Assembly (NCBI GenBank): GCA_016181305.1
Contig: JACOZN010000003.1
Location: 1 to 26,212, forward strand
Source of the DNA: Candidatus Woesearchaeota archaeon
GTDB taxonomy: Archaea > Nanobdellota > Nanobdellia > Woesearchaeales > GW2011-AR4
DNA: 26,212 nucleotides
Reading direction: 5' to 3'
How positions within the stretch are numbered: position 1 is the first letter of the stretch; the number at the start of each line of letters is the position of its first letter. This document shows, piece by piece, positions 17,598 to 24,603 of the stretch. The position numbers and the translations under genes were made by a program. A model generated the notes under the pieces. The model ran no database searches. It worked only from the letters and a program-made list of their open reading frames with translations, and was not told the DNA's origin.

Positions 17598-17942
17598 ATG
17601 CAGCAAGAAACAAAAGAACTCATCGTAACCTTGACAGAAAAGGCAGCCAATAAAGTGAAGGCTTTGCTTGAAAAGGAAAACAAGCAGGGATACGGCTTGA
17701 GGGTGGGGGTTACCCCAGGCGGCTGCTCAAGCTACATGTATGACATAGGCTTGGAGAAAGAGCCAAAGCAGGATGACACGGTAATAGAGGAAAAAGGCGT
17801 TAAAGTCTTCATCAATCCAATGAGCATTGAATTCATGAAAGGTTCTACAGTGGACTATCTGGATTCCTTAACAAACGCTGGCTTTAAAATCAACAACCCG
17901 AATGTAAAAACAAGCTGCGGATGCGGGCATAGTGTTGGGTAA
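17598..17942 (+). CDS. iscA: A-type Fe-S carrier (IscA/SufA/ErpA, HesB family)
   Basis: LRVGVTPGGCSSY, GSTVDY, NPNVKTSCGCGHS. Confidence 0.93.
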   Translation: MQQETKELIVTLTEKAANKVKALLEKENKQGYGLRVGVTPGGCSSYMYDIGLEKEPKQDDTVIEEKGVKVFINPMSIEFMKGSTVDYLDSLTNAGFKINNPNVKTSCGCGHSVG

Positions 17943-17992
17943 ATTTTAAAATTTTGATAATATTTATTAATACACCATTATTTCTGCAGAAG

Positions 17993-18208
17993 ATGGCTAA
18001 AATCCATGTAAATGCATTTATAGGCAGGGAAAACAAAAATGCAAAATTAAAGCTGGAGAATAATTCACAAGTCATTGACTTATTAAAAAAACTAAAAATA
18101 AACCCAGTCACAGTAATAGTCTCAAGAAACAATGAATTGATTTTGGAAGATGAAAGATTGAAAGACAATGACGAGATTAAGATTTTGAGTGTGATTTCGG
18201 GTGGTTAA
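17993..18208 (+). CDS. ubiquitin-like sulfur carrier (ThiS/MoaD/SAMP/TtuB-type), 71 aa
   Basis: Beta-grasp-like sequence ending LSVISGG-stop; first ATG 17993 lies about 20 nt after the TATA-like TTTATTAATA; stop abuts the ttuA ATG. Confidence 0.88.
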   Translation: MAKIHVNAFIGRENKNAKLKLENNSQVIDLLKKLKINPVTVIVSRNNELILEDERLKDNDEIKILSVISGG

Positions 18209-19129
18209 ATGAACTGCTGCAGCCAAAAGCCAATAATGGAAATGCCTTCAGGAGAAAGGCTGTGCAAAACCCATTTCACGGAATATTTTGAAAGCAAGGT
18301 ATTCAACACTATAAGGAAGTTTGACTTGATTGGCAAGGAAGAAAAGTTAGGCATTGCATTATCTGGCGGCAAGGATTCATTAAGCGTCCTGAATATTCTA
18401 AACAAACTATCAAAGCAAAATCCAAGAATAAAAATAAATGCCATTGCAATTAATGAGGGCATTTCAGGCTACAGGGACAGGACGCTTGAAACTGCAAGGG
18501 ACTTCTGTAGCAAAAACAATGTAAAATTGCATATTTTTTCATACAAGGAAGAATTTGGCTTGAATTTGGATGACATGCTCAAAATCCTGAAAGTAAAGCC
18601 GTGCACTATCTGCGGCATTTTCAGAAGGTATCTGCTAAACAAAAAGTCAAAGGAATTAAAACTGACAAAATTGGCAACCGGACATAATTTAGACGATGAA
18701 TGCCAGTCAATCCTGATGAACCAGATGAGGAATGACATTGCAGCAAGCGCAAGGCTTGGGCCAAGGACGGGCATTACCCAAAATGAAGCTTTGTTTGTGC
18801 CGAGAATAAAGCCTTTGTACCTTTGCACTGAAAAGGAAGTTACAGCTTACGCTTTTATAAATGGATTGCTTGACAGCTTCAATGAATGCCCGAACGCTCC
18901 CCAGGCTTTCAGGGCAAATGTAAGGGACATGCTTAACGAGCTGGAGCAAAAGAATCCCGGAACAAAATATTCTATAGTAAACTCATTTTTGCAGACTTTG
19001 CCTTTTCTGAAGGAAAAATTCAAAGGCGGAATAATAAACATCTGCTCAAGATGCAGCGAGCCTGCATCGAATGGTGTCTGCAATGCATGCGTTTATCTGG
19101 AAAAATTGAAGAGAAAGGTGGAGGCTTAA
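18209..19129 (+). CDS. ttuA: tRNA 2-thiouridine synthase TtuA/Ncs6/Ctu1 family
   Basis: SGGKDS PP-loop, CTIC plus ECP (three Fe-S-ligand Cys), TGHNLDD, RIKPL, C-terminal CSRC...CNAC Zn finger. Confidence 0.92.
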   Translation: MNCCSQKPIMEMPSGERLCKTHFTEYFESKVFNTIRKFDLIGKEEKLGIALSGGKDSLSVLNILNKLSKQNPRIKINAIAINEGISGYRDRTLETARDFCSKNNVKLHIFSYKEEFGLNLDDMLKILKVKPCTICGIFRRYLLNKKSKELKLTKLATGHNLDDECQSILMNQMRNDIAASARLGPRTGITQNEALFVPRIKPLYLCTEKEVTAYAFINGLLDSFNECPNAPQAFRANVRDMLNELEQKNPGTKYSIVNSFLQTLPFLKEKFKGGIINICSRCSEPASNGVCNACVYLEKLKRKVEA

Positions 19130-19130
19130 A

Positions 19131-19658
19131 ATGGATGCCAATACAGCAGCTTATATAAAATTTTTGGAGCCGCAAAAAGCTTTTGAGCAGCAATACAAGC
19201 CCAAGCCCAAAGCATTTGCACAAAGTGCAGCCGGGATAGGGCTTGAAAAAAAGTTTTACCCGGGAATTTTGAAAGATATTGAAAGCAACCTTGAAGGGGC
19301 TTTACTGCTCGACGTGCCGTACGAGGAGTGCAAAATCCAGCATCGCTACAAGCAGGGGGTCAAAAACAACATGCTGGTTGCATTATTTGTTTATGACTCT
19401 GCGCAGAAAATAGACAGGATATTCTTCTGGAGAAGCCCTGATGGCAGGCCTTTGGGCGTTTACTACAAGCCAGACTCAGCCAATTGGAAGGACAGCAATA
19501 ATGTCCTTGTCATGGTTTATGATGTAAATAATCTCTCAAGGCATGACGTGGAGAATACAAAAAAATGTTCGGATTCCCACGAAAAAAGGCAAAAAGAAGA
19601 GAACCTCCGGAAAAAAAGGGAAGAACTTGAAGATATGTTAAGCATAGAAAAGGTGTAG
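19131..19658 (+). CDS. hypothetical protein (175 aa), coupled to ttuA
   Basis: TAAAATG junction; composition like the core genes; no motif recognised. Confidence 0.7.
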   Translation: MDANTAAYIKFLEPQKAFEQQYKPKPKAFAQSAAGIGLEKKFYPGILKDIESNLEGALLLDVPYEECKIQHRYKQGVKNNMLVALFVYDSAQKIDRIFFWRSPDGRPLGVYYKPDSANWKDSNNVLVMVYDVNNLSRHDVENTKKCSDSHEKRQKEENLRKKREELEDMLSIEKV

Positions 19659-19727
19659 GCTCAGGATTATCGCAAATTATTTATACCATCATGACATACC
19701 ATTCACACCATTCAGGAGGTGGTAAAA

Positions 19728-20330
19728 ATGCACACATTGCCGAAATTGACATACGCTTACAACGCTTTGGAGCCGTACATTGACGAGCAGACTATGACTA
19801 TACATCATACAAAGCACCATCAGGCTTATATTGACAAGCTGAACGGCGCAGTGAAAGGCACGAAGTTTGAAACAATGAACGTTGACGATATTCTCAAAAA
19901 AATCAATGACGTGCCTGAAAACATAAGGACTGCTGTAAGAAACCATGGCGGCGGGCACAGCAATCATTCATTCTTCTGGCAGATAATGGCGCCTAATGCA
20001 GGGGGCGAGCCGCATGGAAATGCCGGAGATGCCATCAAGCACACTTTTGGCGGCTTTGACAAGTTCAAGGAAGAGTTTACTAATGCAGGCTTGAACAGGT
20101 TCGGCTCTGGCTGGGCGTGGCTCGTTGTGAATAACGGCAAACTGGAAGTTTACAGCACAGCAAATCAGGATAGCCCTCTGATGGAAAATAAAGTCCCAAT
20201 TTTGGGTGTTGATGTATGGGAGCATGCCTATTATCTAAAATACCAAAACAAAAGAGGAGATTATCTCAATGCATTCTGGAACGTCGTCAACTGGAAAAAA
20301 ATCGAGGAAATGTTTAAGAAGGCTAAATAG
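19728..20330 (+). CDS. sodA: Fe/Mn superoxide dismutase with Mn-type signature
   Basis: [35 protein letters not shown]; ATG 19728 after SD GGAGGT. Confidence 0.93.
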   Translation: MHTLPKLTYAYNALEPYIDEQTMTIHHTKHHQAYIDKLNGAVKGTKFETMNVDDILKKINDVPENIRTAVRNHGGGHSNHSFFWQIMAPNAGGEPHGNAGDAIKHTFGGFDKFKEEFTNAGLNRFGSGWAWLVVNNGKLEVYSTANQDSPLMENKVPILGVDVWEHAYYLKYQNKRGDYLNAFWNVVNWKKIEEMFKKAK

Positions 20331-20383
20331 TGTCTTTTTATAAAAAAGTTTTTATAGGCTTCTTGGTTTTTTGAATTCTAAAA

Positions 20384-20803
20384 ATGAATGAAGGAAGATT
20401 AGAAAATGAAGTAATTGCACCTTTAAATTTAACTCAAGTGGATGAGTTAGCAAACTTTTCTGTTTACTTGTACTTGGACAGCATAGGTTCTCCAGTAATG
20501 CCTAAGGGAGAACTTAAGTGTATGCGAAGTAGTATTGAGCAACTCACATACTCTCAAAGAAGAGAGGTTAGGAAATATTTATCCGATGAGGGGTGGACAT
20601 ATTTATCACAGCACCTGATGAATAGCGGCTTAATACATATTACTGGCTCCGGTTATAATGATGTATTTTACATAGAGGCTATGCTTTGTCATGCAACAGC
20701 CAGATATTTCTCAAGAGTGTTTCTTGGGTGGGAAGTGCAGAATACTGCACATCCAAACGTAATCCGGCAAGTGGACAGAGAATTGCATCTTGTGCATGGT
20801 TGA
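20384..20803 (+). CDS. AT-rich hypothetical protein (139 aa)
   Basis: ATG start; fills the gap between sod and the convergent gene; no motif recognised. Confidence 0.55.
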   Translation: MNEGRLENEVIAPLNLTQVDELANFSVYLYLDSIGSPVMPKGELKCMRSSIEQLTYSQRREVRKYLSDEGWTYLSQHLMNSGLIHITGSGYNDVFYIEAMLCHATARYFSRVFLGWEVQNTAHPNVIRQVDRELHLVHG

Positions 20804-20854
20804 GATTTATCAAACAAGCCGTCAGAAGAAACAGCATAAGTAAAATTCTTATAA

Positions 20855-21202
20855 TTATTTTGATTTTTTCGCCGGACTTTTCCCGGCAACCTTCACCACA
20901 AAATAATATACAATAGCTCCTAAAAGGTGCAGGAATATCAGCACAAGAATCCAGACTATTTTGTCTGTGTCCCTTTTGAAGTCCCTTTTCAGGCAGTCAA
21001 CAAGCATCCAGAGCCAGAATATGAACAGGAACAGAACAGCAGCAAGCACCACAAGCCCAAATCCCATGAAAAATCCTATGCCAGACATGCCCATAAAATC
21101 AAAAATGTCGTGATCTTTCCTGAAATAGCCAAAGGCATTTGCAATGCCCGACATAAATACTGCTGCAAGAACAAACATGATTATTTTTGAGATTTTGCCC
21201 AT
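20855..21202 (-). CDS. small membrane protein with PLDc_N-like (phospholipase D N-terminal) helical hairpin
   Basis: WLWMLVDCLKRDF...DKIVWILVLIFLHLLGAIVYYF; N-terminal signal-like segment. Confidence 0.78.
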   Translation of the reverse strand: MGKISKIIMFVLAAVFMSGIANAFGYFRKDHDIFDFMGMSGIGFFMGFGLVVLAAVLFLFIFWLWMLVDCLKRDFKRDTDKIVWILVLIFLHLLGAIVYYFVVKVAGKSPAKKSK

Positions 21203-21238
21203 GTTTTGTTTTATTATTATTTAAGTATTTAAAACTTT

Positions 21239-21661
21239 TTATTCCTCACCAGCATTTTCTTTGCCTTTCTTTTTGGATTCCTTCAGCTTCTTCGTCAATC
21301 CTATCTTCTTGCGGCATTTCTGGCACTCAAAGACATAGGAAGGAACGCCTTCAAAGGTTTTTCTCCTGTATTCTGTTGTTGTTTCCCCTTCATTGCCGCA
21401 GTGCGGGCATTTGTATTCAACGTTAATCACAAGTGAGTTTTCAACTTGCTCGTTGCTTTCAGTGTATCCGCATGAATAACAGACATAATGCTCAGCCTTC
21501 TTGTCTACTTTGCCGCCTTTCTTCTGCGGCTTTCCCATAATCCCTTTTTTGCACTTAGGGCACTCTTTCCTGAAAACCCATGCCATAGCCCTGCCGGAAT
21601 CAATTATCCTGTTGGTAAAGTACACGCACTCTTCCACGCTGTCGGGTTTTTTCAGCGCCAT
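21239..21661 (-). CDS. double zinc-ribbon protein (four CxxC)
   Basis: CPKC, CYSC, CPHC, CQKC; basic C-terminal tail. Confidence 0.8.
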   Translation of the reverse strand: MALKKPDSVEECVYFTNRIIDSGRAMAWVFRKECPKCKKGIMGKPQKKGGKVDKKAEHYVCYSCGYTESNEQVENSLVINVEYKCPHCGNEGETTTEYRRKTFEGVPSYVFECQKCRKKIGLTKKLKESKKKGKENAGEE

Positions 21662-21662
21662 T

Positions 21663-22337
21663 TTAGCCTATGCCCCTTATCAGTTTCCATAGATTGACAG
21701 CCTCATCGTAGCTCATCCCCCTTATAATGTCTTCTGTTATGTTTGTTTTTTTCCTTATTTCCTGCTGGTACAATTCCAGTGTAACATTAATAGGGCAGAA
21801 ATGGTTTATTATGCTGCTGTCGCTTCTTGCATCTTTCCATATAGGGTAAAAGGTTGCGTTCAGGAACAATGCATTCTTAGGCGACAAGCCGATTGATTTT
21901 GCCTCTTCAGGATATTTGTCTGCAAACTCGTTCAGCAGGCTCACAGCCTCAAACCCCTTCATAGCCGACATGTTTCTAAAGTTTAAAGATTCTGTTATCA
22001 GGGGCCTTGACTTGCACCCAAACCCGTCTTTTGTCGTGCCTGCGCTTCCGTATTTCTGCCCCTGAATGTAAAGCTTTTCAGCCTCAAGGTTCAAAATCCT
22101 GTAGCTAATGGCATAATTAAACGGCTCCTGCCCGGACTCGAGCTGGACTTGCCTTAATTTTTCATACTCATCAATCATTGAGTCAATCCGGCTTATGCTT
22201 TTCGGGTAAGTCTCAATTGTGGTGTTATACTTTGCATTGAGGCTGCTAATCTGCTTTGCGCCGTAGCTGAAGTTCTTTGCCTGCGCACAGCCGAAAATGA
22301 GCAGCAATCCAATGAGCAATAAAATTTTTTTCAACAT
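21663..22337 (-). CDS. putative lipoprotein
   Basis: MLKKILLLIGLLLIFGC lipobox-like signal from ATG 22337; BRE-TATA-like CCGAAAAGCATAAATA upstream on the minus strand. Confidence 0.72.
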   Translation of the reverse strand: MLKKILLLIGLLLIFGCAQAKNFSYGAKQISSLNAKYNTTIETYPKSISRIDSMIDEYEKLRQVQLESGQEPFNYAISYRILNLEAEKLYIQGQKYGSAGTTKDGFGCKSRPLITESLNFRNMSAMKGFEAVSLLNEFADKYPEEAKSIGLSPKNALFLNATFYPIWKDARSDSSIINHFCPINVTLELYQQEIRKKTNITEDIIRGMSYDEAVNLWKLIRGIG

Positions 22338-22435
22338 CAACACCTTTAAAGAGCATCGGATAATCAATAACTCTTATTTATGCTTTTCGGAAGTTGCAGT
22401 GAAAGGTATTTAAGCATCTAAGCAATACCATTTCC

Positions 22436-22924
22436 ATGGCTTACTACGATGTTATTGCAAAAGGCTACAATGAATTGCACAGGGGGGAACAGCTCAATAA
22501 GCTGTCAATAATAAAAGAAAATATTAAAATAAATAAAAACACCAAAATCCTTGATGTCGGCTGCGGGACAGGAATTTCTTCAGGCTTTGAATGCTTTGTT
22601 GCAGGCATTGACCCGAGCATTGGGCTTTTAAGGCAGAATAAAAACGGCAAAAAAATACTTGGTGCTGCGGAAAGCCTGCCGTTCAAAGCCAATTCATTTG
22701 ACTATGTGATTTCAGTAACCGCAATCCACAGCTTCAAAAACATAAGGAAATCAATGGAAGAGATGAAAAGAGTTGGAAAAGGCAATTTTGTTTTCAGCAT
22801 TTTAAAAAAGTCAGGGAAATTTGGCTACATTAAGAAAATGATTGAGGAAAAATTCAGGATTTGGAAAGCTGTTGAAGAGGGAAAAGATACGATTTTCTTT
22901 TGCAGGGCTAAAAGCCTGGAATAG
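22436..22924 (+). CDS. class I SAM-dependent methyltransferase
   Basis: ILDVGCGTG motif I, AESLPFKANSFDYVISVTAIH. Confidence 0.88.
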   Translation: MAYYDVIAKGYNELHRGEQLNKLSIIKENIKINKNTKILDVGCGTGISSGFECFVAGIDPSIGLLRQNKNGKKILGAAESLPFKANSFDYVISVTAIHSFKNIRKSMEEMKRVGKGNFVFSILKKSGKFGYIKKMIEEKFRIWKAVEEGKDTIFFCRAKSLE

Positions 22925-23050
22925 CGGTATTTTCGTGTTCTGATATATTTTTATATTTTAACTCCTTTTTTACTATGGGACTAATTTGGTTCGCTAACAT
23001 TTTGGTTCTCCGTCTTTTCGGTGTCTTAAACACCAAAGGACACTTTATTC

Positions 23051-23287
23051 TTACATTATATCCTTTTTAAGTTCACCACAATAAATACATCTTTGTATAA
23101 TTTTTATTTTTCCATATTGGGCAGGCACATTTGATTTTTCTACTAAATCAAACTTATGTTTACAATTGCCACTTTTTTTTATCATTTCCTTGACTGCATT
23201 TTCTTTTGTGTCAATCCTGTTTTCAGCTTTAAAAATTTCAACAAGCCTATCTTCGTCGTCTGTTAAATCAATTTGAATCTTAACCGT
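23051..23287 (-). CDS. unannotated 78-aa RHH-like (DUF2683-like) + Zn-ribbon protein starting at ACG; may be a start-codon pseudogene
   Basis: Translated by hand: (M)VKIQIDLTDDEDRLVEIFKAENRIDTKENAVKEMIKKSGNCKHKF...RCIYCGELKKDIM*. Preceded by SD AGGTGA and CGAAACATTTATATA. Confidence 0.62.
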   Translation of the reverse strand, partial: TVKIQIDLTDDEDRLVEIFKAENRIDTKENAVKEMIKKSGNCKHKFDLVEKSNVPAQYGKIKIIQRCIYCGELKKDIM

Positions 23288-23565
23288 TTATATCACCTTG
23301 TATCATAGTATATTAAAGTAGTATATAAATGTTTCGGTTTGTTTGTAAGTGGAATATATAGTTTAGAGAACATTAATACCTAAAATTACCACAAAGTTTA
23401 AATACTGACCTCATAACTTTAAACAATAAGAAGCGGATGTTTGAGAAGGATTATAATCGAAAAAATGAAGACTTATTTTTTAATTTCTTTTATCTGATTT
23501 TCCTATTTTATTATGTTAACAAAAAATTTATATAGAAATTTAAATTAATAAGGGGTGAAACAAAA

Positions 23566-23790
23566 ATGGAAGAAATTAAAAAAATACCAAGAAAGGTTGA
23601 AAGTATCAACATTATAAAAACCTCTAATTTAACACCAGAAGTAAGGAATGAGCATAAATTAAAAGATAATACATTTGTTGAATTAAGAGTTGAAAGAGAT
23701 TCACCTCCAGAAACTAAAATAGTAGAGCTTGATGTAACTCCACTTAAAAGAATGCGTAATGCTTTTAGAGATGAGGGCGTTCTTAATTAG
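23566..23790 (+). CDS. AbrB/MazE-like swapped-hairpin small protein (candidate antitoxin)
   Basis: LTPEVRNEHKLKDNTFVELRVE resembles IPKEIRExLGIKEGDxVExxVE; SD AGGGGTGA; TATA at 23527-23534. Confidence 0.55.
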   Translation: MEEIKKIPRKVESINIIKTSNLTPEVRNEHKLKDNTFVELRVERDSPPETKIVELDVTPLKRMRNAFRDEGVLN

Positions 23791-23804
23791 TTTTGGTGTA
23801 TTTA

Positions 23805-24365
23805 ATGCCCCATAAATTTAAAGTCATTCAAATTGATAATGATTCCTTATTAATTCTTTTAAAAGATAAGCAAGTGATTATTAGTAAAAAAACTGCTTTT
23901 ATTCTCGATAAAACTATTATGAAAATCCTTTTTAAAAAGGATATTTTAGAGGAAAATTTTGAACATTTGGAGATTATTACAAATTTTATGGATTGTAGGG
24001 ATGTAGGTAACGAATATAGGCAATTTATAATATTGTCTGATTTATACGATGAAATCAAAGACAAACTAAAAGACACCAAAGAATCACTGCCATTATTTAG
24101 AGGACATTTTACCTCAGCTAAATATCTTTTAGGGGACGTTGAAAGTAGCGAGGAAGAGGAATTAATTTCATTAGCAAAACATTTAGAGAATATCTGCACA
24201 GGAGTTGTTATAATTAGCGAGTCTTTACCATCAAATGAAGATTTTTGTAGAAAAACTTCAAAAAGAACTTTTGTAACCGATTTAAGCCATATTGCTCCAG
24301 TCCTACGATTAATTCCAAATTTTTATAATTATCTTCATAAAAAATATTTTGATTCAAGTGCTTAA
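23805..24365 (+). CDS. divergent PIN-like protein (candidate VapC-type toxin)
   Basis: FILDKTIM, LSDLYDEI and EEELISLAK...VVIISES follow the PIN motif order; ATG 23805 after GGTG; 14 nt after the AbrB-like stop. Confidence 0.45.
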   Translation: MPHKFKVIQIDNDSLLILLKDKQVIISKKTAFILDKTIMKILFKKDILEENFEHLEIITNFMDCRDVGNEYRQFIILSDLYDEIKDKLKDTKESLPLFRGHFTSAKYLLGDVESSEEEELISLAKHLENICTGVVIISESLPSNEDFCRKTSKRTFVTDLSHIAPVLRLIPNFYNYLHKKYFDSSA

Positions 24366-24549
24366 AAATTTAATCACCCATAATAGACAGCTTATTCTAT
24401 CACTCAAGATTTAGATAGATAGAACTATTCAAAGAGCCTGCCTAAATAACCCTAATCGCAACAATGAAACAAATAACCCGAATATGCAACAGAATCTATT
24501 TTCGATACATTTATATATCTAAAATAACTACTATAGAATAATTACAATA

Positions 24550-24595
24550 TTGAAAATGCTTTGACATTTTCAAGATTTCCAAAATTTTCAATTTT
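24550..24595. repeat. double-hairpin palindrome in the 5' leader of the surface-protein gene
   Basis: TTGAAAATG-ctttga-CATTTTCAA (24550-24573) and AAAATT-ttc-AATTTT (24581-24595). Confidence 0.5.
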
Positions 24596-24603
24596 CGAAA
24601 AAA

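Noticed and set aside
17941-17954. 14-bp palindrome AAATTTTAAAATTT upstream of the carrier-ttuA promoter (similar AT-only palindromes at 6708-6730 and near 20335-20346)
   Set aside because: A/T-only and low complexity, unlike the 11079 palindrome; expected by chance in these spacers.
19685-19714. ACCAT(TCA) direct repeats in the sod leader
   Set aside because: Short (8 nt twice), not seen elsewhere in the window; not enough to call an operator.
22908-23000. 30-codon minus-strand ORF (MLANQISPIVKKELK...) after a GGAG
   Set aside because: Very short, overlaps the methyltransferase 3' end and its T-rich terminator region, and has no motif.
23345-23364. Possible NrdR box (AAACTATATATTCCAC on the minus strand) and similar ATATAT cores near 6207, 24510 and 25692
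   Set aside because: Only a half match, not in tandem, and the cores are indistinguishable from TATA boxes; no convincing box was seen upstream of nrdR either.
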